DNA of 64,000 bases from NCBI GenBank assembly GCA_964016885.1, contig OZ024762.1:3534001-3598000 (forward strand), written 5' to 3'. Of this stretch, positions 40,101 through 51,375 are shown one piece after another; positions within the stretch are counted from its first letter, which is position 1, and every line of letters begins with the position of its first letter. The position numbers and the translations under genes were made by a program. The notes beneath the pieces are model-generated. The model did no database searches and was not told the DNA's origin. It saw nothing but the letters and a program-made list of their open reading frames with translations. Origin of the DNA: Eledone cirrhosa. Lineage: Eukaryota.

Positions 40101-40841
40101 AAGGCAGACTGTATGATGCGTGTATCCGAACAGCGATGTTGCATGGTAGTGAGACCTGGGCGCTGAAGGTGGAAGACTTACGTAGATTAGAGAGAAACGA
40201 AGCCTGCATGCTCCGATGGATGTGTAACAGTAATATACGTGAACGACAAAGCATAAATGAATTGAGAGAGAGACTGAGCATAAGAGGAATCAAATGCTGC
40301 GTGCAGGAGAGGCGGTTACGCTGGTATGGACATGTGATGCGTATGAAGGATGACAGCTGCATAAAAAGGTGCAGAGCACTAGAAGTTGATGGAAACCGCG
40401 GAGTGGGGAGACCCAAGATGACTTGGGATGAGGTGATAAAAGCCGACCTTACCCAACTACACCTCTCAAAGTCAATGACACACGACCGTGACTTCTGGCG
40501 TCACGCAGTAATACAGGGTACCCGACCTCCCATGGGTACATGCTGAAGCATATAAACAATATGCCCCCCCCCCCCCCCACCGCAAGGTGGTCGTGGAGGT
40601 GCCACGGCAAAAAAAAGCACCCAGCCCACACTGTAAAGTGGACGTGTAGGCGCCACGAAAAAGCACCCAGCACTCACTGTAAATGAGGTTGGTGTTAGGA
40701 AGGGCATCCAGCTGTAGAAATCAAGCCAGATCAGTTCCTGTATGAGCAAGGCATGGTCAGCCGACCAGACACTGCCCACAACAGGACAACCCGTCTAACC
40801 CATGCTAGCGTGGAAGAACGGACGTAAAACGGTGATGATGA
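37130..40841 (+). mobile_element. Full-length or near full-length RTE LINE (5' leader about 300 nt, ORF, about 290-nt 3'UTR, (GAT)n tail)
   Basis: Unique sequence bounded on both sides by the same TA-rich minisatellite. The 3' end ...ggacgtaaaacggtgatgatg is shared with many truncated copies in the window. Confidence 0.9.
37427..40546 (+). CDS. Intact RTE-clade LINE ORF (APE endonuclease + reverse transcriptase with internal PHD-type Zn finger)
   Basis: 1039-aa uninterrupted ORF. APE motifs GTINVG, CVQETRW, SAYAP, GDFNGH, LDFIL, SQH. RT motifs YRGIKL, QFGF, FVDLEKAFD, GVHQGSVLSP, LYADD, YLG. RTE-type C-terminus (HGSETW, RRLRWYGHVMRM, GRPKMTW). Confidence 0.97.
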   Translation: MNLRATKHPREAPTQRPSPTSVDKCPKLRVGTINVGSMKGRAGEIVEMLERKEVDVCCVQETRWRGGSARVLVGKSQCYKFFWVGNDDGMGGVGILLADKWVDKVISVYRVNARIIKLRLVLNKTITTIISAYAPQSGLPDELKDRFYESLIHTTALTDDKDFLIIAGDFNGHVGKHCDGFNRVHGGHGVGTRNEEGFRLLEFCDANDMSICNTNFKKPDNHLITYRSGEHSSQLDFILIRGRDRWTVVNTKAFPSEECTSQHSLVVSDLTVRTRRALKQRPTWRRKIWKLKVPSTSNRFKDILLNAYDSKEEQIETFNVEENWEFLKNNLLEATDEVCGWSKTSSRRRVTWWWNNKVDEAVKAKRQAWKEWKNGGSRVHYIETKREARRQVYLARREAEDRKFKHVLQREDQKQEVFKIARQCVRDSCDVIGEKCIRNDKGELALTSAEKKDAWKSHYDRLLNEENAWEEETLPHVDPIEGPAVQVSGSVVSKAIRDMKIGKATGPSGIAAEMLKASGSVGHTITTRIVNQVILEGAIPKDWCSSIIVNCYKGKGDALDRGNYRGIKLMDQVMKVTERVIAQLIRDRVNIDEMQFGFVPGKGTTDALFLVRQLQEKYLAKSKPLYLAFVDLEKAFDRVPRAVIWWALRKLGVDEWLVKAVQAMYRGAVSKVRIGNEYSEEFSVQVGVHQGSVLSPLLFIIVLQAITEEFKTGCPWELLYADDLALIAESMVELENKFQTWKQGLERKGLKVNMTKTKVLISRRENRTQIPSGKWPCSVCRKGVGRNSILCPKCKQWVHKRCSGISGSLIKNVGFTCSSCAETASKQPQETSTTNLWEGPVETVDSFCYLGDRISNGGGCSESTITRVRTGWKKFRELLPLLAAKGFSLRMKGRLYDACIRTAMLHGSETWALKVEDLRRLERNEACMLRWMCNSNIRERQSINELRERLSIRGIKCCVQERRLRWYGHVMRMKDDSCIKRCRALEVDGNRGVGRPKMTWDEVIKADLTQLHLSKSMTHDRDFWRHAVIQGTRPPMGTC

Positions 40842-41362
40842 TATATATATACACTTGCATATATATATACATGGATATATATATATACACTTGCATATAT
40901 ATATACATGGATATATATATATATACACTTGCATATATATACATGGATATATATATATATACACTTGCATATATATATACATGGATATATATATATACAC
41001 TTGCATATATATATACATGGATATATATATATACACTTGCATATATATATACATGGATATATATATATATATACACACTTGCATATATATATACATGGAT
41101 ATATATATACACTTGCATATATATATACATGGATATATATATACACTTGCATATATATACATGGATATATATATATACACTTGCATATATATATACATGG
41201 ATATATATATATATACACTTGCATATATATACATGGATATATATATATACACTTGCATATATATATACATGGATATATATATATATATACACTTGGATAT
41301 ATATATACAAGGATATGTGTTCACTTGGATATATACACACATAAATATATACATGGATATAT

Positions 41363-41808
41363 TTAACCCTTTAGCATTTAAACCAGCCGTATCCTTCAGA
41401 AATCATGAATACGTTTCACCAAAAATGTGGTTGGATGATCGAACTGGATGGTCAGTAAAGGAGAATCAATCCATCTGAATTTACACATGAAAAATACAAA
41501 ACTGAGAACAGTGAAAGAAGTCCATGGTGTTATAAAAAAATTCACCATATACTGTCAGTGTCCCAGTGACGTTAAAGGGTTTATCCCTTTAGCATCACAT
41601 TACTCTATATTTACTCTTGTATTTTCACGGTAAAGGCTTTACCTCACCTAATTATCTCATATAATATCGGACCTATGAGATTTTGATATTATTTATTTTG
41701 CAAACAATACCTTAACATTGGTATGAGTGGACGATTGTAGCTGGTTTGAACAGAAAGAGGTGAGAGAATTCTCGCCAGATACAGCCGGTTTAAATCCTAA
41801 AGGGTTAA
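41363..41808. mobile_element. piggyBac-type MITE
   Basis: TTAA|CCCTTTAGCATTTAAACCAGC...GCCGGTTTAAATCCTAAAGGG|TTAA. Confidence 0.8.
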
Positions 41809-41860
41809 AGACAACTAGAAATAGCAGCCTACTCTCTCTGGGTCTATATATATATATATA

Positions 41861-43452
41861 TCATCATCACCACTGTTTTACGTCCATTCTTCCACATTAG
41901 CATGGGTTAAAAGGGTTATCCTGTTGTGGGCAATGCCAGGTCAGGTGAACATGTATTACTCATACAGAACTGATTCTGGCTTGGTTTCTACAGCTGGATG
42001 CCCTTCCTAACACTAACCAGTGTGGACTGGGTGCTTTTTTGTCATAACACCTACATGACCACTTTACAGTGTGGACTGGGTGCTTTTTTGTCATAACACC
42101 TACATGACCACTTTACAGTGTGGACTGGGTGCTTTTTTGTCATAACACCTACATGACCACTTTACAGTGTGGACTGGGTGCTTTTTTGTCATAACACCTA
42201 CATGACCACTTTACAGTGTGGACTGGGTGCTTTTTTGTCATAACACCTACATGACCACTTTACAGTGTGGACTGGGTGCTTTTTTGTCATAACACCTACA
42301 TGACCACTTTACAGTGTGGACTGGGTGCTTTTTTGTCATAACACCTACATGACCACTTTACAGTGTGGACTGGGTGCTTTTTTGTCATAACACCTACATG
42401 ACCACTTTACAGTGTGGACTGGGTGCTTTTTTGTCATAACACCTACATGACCACTTTACAGTGTGGACTGGGTGCTTTTTTGTCATAACATCTACATGAC
42501 CACTTTACAGTGTGGACTGGGTGCTTTTTTGTCATAACACCTACATGACCACTTTACAGTGTGGACTGGGTGCTTTTTTGTCATAACATCTACATGACCA
42601 CTTTACAGTGTGGACTGGGTGCTTTTTTGTCATAACACCTACATGACCACTTTACAGTGTGGACTGGGTGCTTTTTTGTCATAACACCTACATGACCACT
42701 TTACAGGGTGGACTGGGTGCTTTTTTGTCATAACACCTACATGACCACTTTACAGTGTGGACTGGGTGCTTTTTTGTCATAACACCTACATGACCACTTT
42801 ACAGTGTGGACTGGGTGCTTTTTTGTCATAACACCTACATGACCACTTTACAGTGTGGACTGGGTGCTTTTTTGTCATAACACCTACATGACCACTTTAC
42901 AGGGTGGACTGGGTGCTTTTTTGTCATAACACCTACATGACCACTTTACAGTGTGGACTGGGTGCTTTTTTGTCATAACACCTACATGACCACTTTACAG
43001 TGTGGACTGGGTGCTTTTTTGTCATAACATCTACATGACCACTTTACAGTGTGGACTGGGTGCTTTTTTGTCATAACACCTACATGACCACTTTACAGTG
43101 TGGACTGGGTGCTTTTTTGTCATAACATCTACATGACCACTTTACAGTGTGGACTGGGTGCTTTTTTGTCATAACACCTACATGACCACTTTACAGTGTG
43201 GACTGGGTGCTTTTTTGTCATAACACCTACATGACCACTTTACAGGGTGGACTGGGTGCTTTTTTGTTGTGACACCTACATGACCACTTTACAGGGTGGA
43301 CTGGGTGCTTTTTTTGTTGTGACACCTACATGACCACTTTACAGTGTGGACTGGGTGCTTTTTTTGTCGTGACACCTACATGACCACTTTAGAGTGGAAA
43401 GGAGGGTGGGGGCATACTGTCTATATGCTTCAGCTTCGGTTTGTACCTGTAT
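41861..43452 (-). mobile_element. RTE-3'UTR-derived element hosting an expanded 49-bp minisatellite
   Basis: RTE tail at 41861-42017 and upstream UTR (gggcatactgtctatatgcttcagc) at 43405-43450 flank the array. Confidence 0.85.
42018..43395. repeat. 49-bp tandem array, about 28 near-identical copies
   Basis: Unit cagtgtggactgggtgcttttttgtcataacacctacatgaccacttta, starting at 42018, 42067, 42116 and so on. No spacers. Confidence 0.97.
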
Positions 43453-43777
43453 ATTATAGTAAAACAAAACATAGGCAAAAATACATAAAGGCCAACACAG
43501 TTCTATTTACATTATAATTGGTAAGTTCAATCATAATTGCTCAAACTGTAGTTTTAGATGACAAAGAAAAAATACCAATTACCATAATTAAAATAGTTAA
43601 TTAGCAAATTAAAACAAAATCATCTGCTTCAGTAAGCTTGTATTACAAACAATATATACATAGACTATACAAGAAATTTAAATAAATTGACTTGTGTTGG
43701 TAATGACTCCAGCAAGATGACTAATTTTACAGCCACCCTTGCAAAAAAAATATATATATATAATACATACATACATG

Positions 43778-43831
<54 letters not shown>

Positions 43832-43841
43832 TGAATTTCAT

Positions 43842-44410
43842 ATATCTAAAGATATATGCTATGTTTAATAGATAAACATTTTGAAAGTCCAGCTATGAAT
43901 ATTTAAAGGCTGGTGGACAGCACCATATAGTGGATTCCAGCAGAAGCAGTGGGGGATAATTGTCTATGCATTTCAAGCTACAGGCACTCATCAGGACAGT
44001 GCTCCCCCTTGCTCTCTCCTGGGACTTGAGACAGGCAAAAATATATAGTTTTTTCGCCTGTGTGGATGGGCTGATTAACCTCATTTGCATACAAAGCTGT
44101 ATAAGTTGGCTCGACTTAAAAGTAGAATTAAAATTTAGCTTCAACATAGCTGTATACATACATGTATGTGAATATTATATGTACATGTATATGAATATCA
44201 AAGATATGAATATTGAAAGTCTGACGGACAGCACCAGGAGGGAGTCACTATCCCAACGAGAGGGGTAAGCTAGAAATACGTATAGGCAGTTATCCCCCCC
44301 ACTGCTTCCTCAGGAATCCACTAGATGGTGCTGTGCGTTAGCCTTTCAATATTCATAGCTAGGCTTTCAAAATGTTTATTTATTAAATATACCATATATC
44401 TTTAGATTAT
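43842..44410. mobile_element. Inverted-repeat element with hammerhead, family B
   Basis: About 140-bp diverged inverted arms (43842-43980 / 44268-44410). Hammerhead on the minus strand and a decayed core on the plus strand near 44250-44292. Confidence 0.7.
43958..44001 (-). ncRNA. Minimal hammerhead ribozyme
   Basis: Reverse complement reads actgtc-CTGATGA-gtgcctgtagctt-GAAA-t(gc)ATA^gacaat. Palindromic ATGCAT stem III; stem II is weak. Confidence 0.6.
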
Positions 44411-44491
44411 AATAGAGGCTATTTTTAGCACTCTGGGTGACCTATGAATTTGTCAGACAATATGATTGAAATTTTTATGTATTAATCAAAA

Positions 44492-44530
<39 letters not shown>

Positions 44531-44772
44531 CCACACTGTAGAAACCAAGCCAAAATATAGATCTGTAAGAGCAAGACACAGTCACCTGACCTGACATTAC
44601 TTCTAATGTGACAACCCATCTAACCTATGCAAACATGTAAAACGAAGGAAATGTGGTAAGGAACCAGGTGGACCAAAACGCACCAAAATACTCAAAACTT
44701 AGGGTAGTAGAGTGGGTCCAGAATTAGCCGTCGAAACGGCTTGAGCTCAGCCGCCGGGGTCCTACTCGTTCC

Positions 44773-44820
<48 letters not shown>

Positions 44821-45384
44821 CACACACAGACACATATATATATATATATATATATACATACATATAAACATATACACACATATACATACATATAATACAC
44901 ACACACACACACACATACATATAATACACATGCACCTCACACACACACACACATATATATACACACACATACATATATTACACACACACACATATACATA
45001 TATACACACACATATAATACACACAGAAACATATACACACACATACATACACATGTGGGTGTGTGTATATTGATTTAGCAGTGTCACTTAGCTAGCAAGC
45101 TACCTGTCCACATGTCAATCTACAATTTATGATGAGAGCTGTTTTAATTGAAATCTTATTATAATGATTTATAAAAGAAAAAGCAGACAATACTAACAGA
45201 TATGTTGATCAATGTTGTCTTTTTAGAGTCTATATGTGGGGGGGGGGGGTGTGCATATATAGATTTCAATATAAACATATATTTATACATACATACATAC
45301 ATACATATATATTTATACATGCATACATACATACGTATATATGTATGCATGTATAAATATATATCCATATACAAACATATGTGA

Positions 45385-45447
<63 letters not shown>

Positions 45448-45448
45448 T

Positions 45449-45750
45449 GACAATCGAAAGGTTGTGAGTTCAATTCTCAGACTGGGTGATGTGTTGTTTC
45501 CTTGAGCAAGACACTTTATTTCACATTGCTCCAGTTTACACAGCTGTACAAATGAGATGATAGGGACTGGGGTCCCTATCATTCCACTGCAAAGTGGTCG
45601 TGGAGGTGCCACGGCAAAAAAACACCCAGCACTCACTGTAAATGAGGTTGGTGTTAGGAAGGGCATCCAGCTGTAGAAATCAAGCCAGAATCAGTTCCCG
45701 TCCCACCCTTGCAAGCAGGGAAAAGCGGACGTAAAATGATGATGATGATG
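45449..45750 (+). mobile_element. Composite SINE: tRNA/CORE head + hairpin + RTE-derived 3' tail (second copy 53617-53827, minus)
   Basis: B box GTTCAATTC, CORE-like ccttgagcaagacactt, hairpin atgatagggac..gtccctatcat, then the RTE 3'UTR and a (GAT)n tail. Confidence 0.8.
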
Positions 45751-45831
<81 letters not shown>

Positions 45832-46044
45832 TATTTGTATACATATGCACACATATACATACTGTCACATATTCAATTAAAATCAAATAATTAAAGAGTC
45901 AACAATATAAAAATTACATATACATTTACATATTTACATATGTATAGCGAAAAATTGTATTTGTAATATATGTATATATGTATTAAAACCTAGTTAGTTT
46001 CTCAATTGATATATCTCAATATATTGTTTAAAATTATTTTATAT

Positions 46045-46226
46045 GGATTGGCAGTATCGGTAGAGGGTCGGACGCCATGCTTTGACCATAGAGTTACGGC
46101 CCTTGCCATTCTGAGTTCAAATCCCGCCGAGGTTAACTTTGTCTTTCATCCTTACCGGGTCGATAAAATAAAGTACCAGTAATGCACTGGGTAATTGCTG
46201 GCCTTGTGCCAAAAGTAGAAACAATT
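46045..46226 (+). mobile_element. tRNA-derived SINE with a Meta-type central domain (representative copy; about 28 copies or fragments in the window)
   Basis: A box TGGCAGTATCGG, B box GTTCAAATCC, body GCCTTTCATCCTTACGGGGTCGATAAAATAAAGTACCAG, (ATT)n tail. Other copies include 105-315, 322-536, 1060-1277, 3045-3257, 3716-4116, 11546-11728, 28054-28240, 36045-36232, 46783-47120, 48131-48312, 49780-50120 (minus) and 15806-15990, 18660-18785, 22843-22945 (plus). Confidence 0.85.
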
Positions 46227-46250
46227 ATATATATATAATATTTTTTATAT

Positions 46251-46304
<54 letters not shown>

Positions 46305-47558
46305 AAAAGAGTCAGGACCCCGACGGCTGAGCTCCGACCGTTTCGACAGCTACACCCAAACTAAGCCAATATATATGTCAAAATTAAACAAATTACAACA
46401 CAATCGGTATAGTATATGGAAGGAATATATTAGTTTAATGAAGGGCTGGATGGGAAAAATGTTTTTAGAGAAAAATAACAGGTCCATTTATGTTGCCATC
46501 TCTTGGAAAACAGTTGATGCTGGCATTTTGTGTATGATATACTTTTTTAGAAAACTGGATGATGTTGTACTTTGGGAGGGTCATGTTGCCAATGAAAACA
46601 CATGCACCTGTTGGTTTTTACTTCAATTTATTATAGACTCTCAGTTGTTTAGTTTAATAACTGAATGATTGTTTGTTGATTACATATTTATAAAGAGGGT
46701 TTAGGGTGGTTGACTGCTCCCTAAATGAAATATCCAGATTATTTAACATCTAAGTGTCTGAGATGTACAAAAATGAACCATAATAATGGTTTCTACTATA
46801 GACAGAGGGGCTAGCAATTTGGGGAGGGGAAAGTTGTGTGACTGGTACTTTATTTTATCGCCCCCGTAAAGATGAAAGGTAAAGCTAGCCCCGGTAGGAT
46901 TTGAACTCAGAATGTAAAGGGCCGTAACTCTGTGCTGCAAAGCATGGTGTCTGACGCTCTACCGATACTGCCAAACCATAATAATGGTTTCTGATTTCAG
47001 CACAAGCCTAACAATTAAATTGATCCCAGTATATTACTGGTACTTTATTTTATCGTTCCTCTTAAGGAAGAAAGACAAAGCTAACCTTGGCATGATTTAA
47101 ACTCAGAACATAAAGTGACCCGAGGGAGAGAAGACATGGTATGGGGGGGTAAGGGGCACTGGAGGGGTTAAACAGAAAAGCATTGGGTGGGTTTTATATG
47201 ATTGTAAGTGGGGAGAGGTGGGAGATAGGGGAGGGTGAATGGAGCTGTGGGATTGATAGAGCTAAATGAGGTGTGGGTGCGGTGCGGTGTAGGTGGGGCG
47301 CGGGGTGGGGTGTAGGAGTGGGTGTGGGACAGTAAATAATGATAAATGTGGTGGAGACAGATAGCAATTAAATGTAATTAATTTGATTGGTTTCATAACC
47401 TTAATTACTTAAAGACAGGCTTGGCTACAGTGAGGGAGTGGGAGGAGTAGTAGTGGGGAGAATGTTTGTGTGGTGAGGGTGTTACCAGAGAAGAAGAAGG
47501 TCCAGTGGGTTTGATTAGAGAGAGGTGGGGAGAAGAAAAGCAGAGACAGGTAGACAGA

Positions 47559-47688
<130 letters not shown>

Positions 47689-49189
47689 ATGTGTGTGTGT
47701 ATGTGATGATACATATGTATGTATGAGAGAGAGGGAAAGAGAGAGTAAGAGAGAGACAGAGAGAGTAAGAGAGAGAAGGACTGAGAGAGAGAGAAAGAGA
47801 GAGTAAGAGAGAGACAGAGAGAATAAGAGAGTAAGAGGGAGAAGGACTGAGAGAGAGGGAGAGAGAGAAAGAGAGAGTAAGAGAGAGACAGAGAAGGGGA
47901 ACGTTGAAAAGAAAGATAGAAATCAAACCAAATTATAAGAAGATCTGTTTAAGAGTTTCATACTTTAAGTCAATCCTTCATTTTACCAAATTAGATGTGA
48001 AATTAGTTTTAATAATTCAATCATTTGTGATTATTTCATTTTCATCATTCTGCTTACATCTTCTTCCGTTCCGAAATATAATTTAAAAAACAAAATTATT
48101 TAATGCAGTCGTTCCAACGCAAGTAAATATATTGTTTCTTCTTTTGGCACAAGGCTAACAATTACTCCAGTGTATTACTGGTGCTTTATTTTATCGACCC
48201 CGTAAGGATAAAAGGCAAAGTTAACCTTGGCGGGATTTGAACTCAAACCATAAAGGGCTGTAACTCTAAGCTGTAACTCATGTCATCAGACCCTCTACCA
48301 ATACTGCCAATTTAAGCACAAGGCCAACAATTTTGAAGAGAGGCACACACACAAATAATAAATTTGAAAAAAAATTTTAAAAAGAAAAAAGCAAACAACC
48401 AGTTGACTTAAGAAGCATTAAGAAAATTTGGCATTTAAAATTTAGTTGTCATAAAGCAAATAACTATAATAATAGTTGAGAAAGAAAAATTTGTTAATCC
48501 TTTAGCATTTAAATCGGCCATATTCGGGGCAATATATATTTTTTCACACCTTTTAACACTAAATTATAAATAACAATATACAGTATTTGGCGGACTATAT
48601 TTTAGTTTATATTTTGACGTTTATAGACATTTTTATGGACCATGTCCAATATTCGCAGTTTTTCACTCTTCTCGCTGCTCTAGGAACGTAACCCCCCCCC
48701 CCCGCAAATACCGGGGGGGGGGGGGCAACTGCATATACTATGTATAAATACATATTATATATTTTTTTAATTTTACTACATTTATATATAATATCTATCA
48801 TTTGATATTTAATATACTATTATATCATCTCTACCGCACTCCACTGCCCCCTTAGGCTCCACCACTCATCTGGACCTTCTCAATGCCCTCCAGGGGGCAG
48901 TATCACCCACTTTGAGATCCTCTGATTTAGAGTGATCAACTATTATTATAGACAGTCGATTGGCAGTATCGGTAGAGCGTCGGACGCCATGCTTTGCAGC
49001 ATAGAGTTACGGCCCTTTATGATCTGAGTTCAAATCCCGCCGAGGTTAACACCCCACCCCACCCCACACATCCACTCCACCACTATTCCACACCCTCCTC
49101 CTCCCACCACCACAAACACTCCACCTCCACATCAACCATTCCACACCGGCCCCCACCTCTACCGCCACTCCAACCCCACTGTTGCCACA

Positions 49190-49640
49190 ACTCCACCTCC
49201 ACTCCACCACCACCACTGCTCAACCTCCACTCCACCACCACCACCGCTGCTCAACCTCCACTCCACCACCACCACCACCACCACCACTGCTCAACCTCCA
49301 CTCCACCACCACCACCACCACCGCTGCTCAACCTCCACTCCACCACCACCACCACCACTGCTCAACCTCCACTCCACCACCACCACCACCACCACCACCA
49401 CTGCTCAACCTCCACTCCACTCCACCACCACCACCACCACCACCACTGCTCAACCTCCACTCCACCACCACCACCACCACCGCTGCTCAACCTCCACTCC
49501 ACCACCACCACCACCACTGCTCAACCTCCACTCCACCACCACCACCACCACCACCACCACCACCACTGCTCAACCTCCACTCCACCACCACCACCACCAC
49601 CACTGCTGCTCAACCTCCACTCCACCCCACCCCCGCCACC
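49190..49640. repeat. (CCA)n-TGCTCAACCTCCACT compound minisatellite
   Basis: About 12 variable-length units. Confidence 0.9.
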
Positions 49641-50183
49641 ACCAATATCTTGGTAGTCCAATTAATAATAAAAAAAGAATTAATCTATTTTAGATATCAA
49701 TCTTCTTCAATAACCATTGAAATCAATAATTGGTGAGGAAACACTCCTTCCACAAACAATAATATAAATATAAATAATAGTTTCTACTTTAGGTACAAGA
49801 CCAGCAAATTTTTTTTTTTGGGGGGGGGGGGGGTTCGATTAAATCGACCCCAGTGTATTACTGGTACTTTATTTTATCGACCCCGTAAGGATGAAAGTTA
49901 AAGCTAACCTCAGCTGGATTTGAACTCAGAACATAAAGGGCCATAACTTTTTTTAAAATTAATTTTATAAGATCTTAGCAGCATGGGACATTCTTTTGAA
50001 ATGATATATATATATATAGTAATAATAATTGTTTCTACTTTAGGCACAAGGCCAGCAATTACCCAGTGCATTACTGGTACTTTATTTTATCGACCCCGTA
50101 AGGATGAAAGGCAAAGTTTAGTAATAATAATAAACTTTAATCTGTTATTTTAATAAATATATATATATATATGTAAATATACA

Positions 50184-51375
50184 TCATCATTGTTTAACAT
50201 CTATTTTCCACGCTAGCATGGGTTAGACAGTTTATCCCATTTGTGGCCTGGTGGGTCGGGTGACCGTGTCTTGCTCACACAGAACTGTTTCTGGCTTGGT
50301 TTCTTGAGCTGGATGCCTTTCCTAATGCCAACCATATCTACAGTGTGGGCTGGGTACTTTTTGACATGATACCTACACTACCACTTTACAGTGTGGGCTG
50401 GGTGCTTTTTATTGTGACTGTTACATGACCACTTTACAGTGTGGGCTGGGTGCTTTTTGTCATGACACCTACACGACCACTTTACAGTGTGGGCTGGGTG
50501 CTTTTTATTGTGACTGTTACATGACTACTTTAGAGTGTGGGCTGGGTAATTTTTGTCACGACACCTACATTACCACTTTACAGAGTGGGCTGGGTGCTTT
50601 TTGTCGTGACACCAACACGACAACTTTACAATGTAAGGATGGTGTGGATAGAAGTGGGTGGGTGTTGGGGCATGTGAGGTGTATGGAAGGGGAGAGGGTA
50701 TAGTGGTTAAAAGGTGCCTACTAGATGTATGTTTCAGTCTGTGTGTATGGGAAGGTGGATCTTCTGTATTACTGCATAACATTAAAGATCTCTATGCTGT
50801 GTCATTGTCTTAGAGAGGTACAAGCTTTTACCACCGTATGCCAGGTCTTTCTACTCCATAGCTTCCATCAACTTTCATCTCCCTGTACCTTTTTATATAG
50901 TTATCACCCTTCATATGCATCACATGACCATACCAAAACAACCTCCTCTCTAGCATACTGCATCTGATCCCTTTTATGCCCAATTTCTCTCTCAGTTCAT
51001 GTACTCTTTGCCGTTCATGTATTACACATCTATCAGAGCATGCAGGCTTCATTTCTTTCCAATCTTCGCAGGTCTTCTGCACACAGTGCCCAGGTCTCAC
51101 TACCATGTAACAATGTTGTTCATGTACATGCATCATACAATCTGCCCTTCATTTTAAGAGAAAAACCTTTTGTAGCTAGCAGAAGTAGTAGCTCCCTGAA
51201 CTTTCTCCCTCCTGTTTTTACTCCGGCTACTGTACTTTCAGAGCACCCTCCTCCGCTGCTGATTTGGTCAGCCAGGTAACAGAAACTGTCGACTATTTCT
51301 ATAGAACCATCTGTGCATCTGAAGAAGCAAGTATCCTGTGGGCACTTGCTACTTACTGCACCTGAGCATCGGCTG
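50184..51375 (-). mobile_element. Degraded 5'-truncated RTE with 3'UTR containing about 6 copies of the 49-bp unit
   Basis: VDSFCYLADQISSGGGCSES...KGFSLKMKGRLYDAC and ERRLFWYGHVMHM. Tail at 50184. Confidence 0.85.

Noticed and set aside
42018-43395. CRISPR-like regular array
   Set aside because: Head-to-tail identical units with no unique spacers and no cas genes. The context is eukaryotic and the unit derives from the RTE 3'UTR.
46045-46130. tRNA genes suggested by A/B boxes
   Set aside because: These are SINE heads: no cloverleaf, and always followed by the same SINE body and tail.
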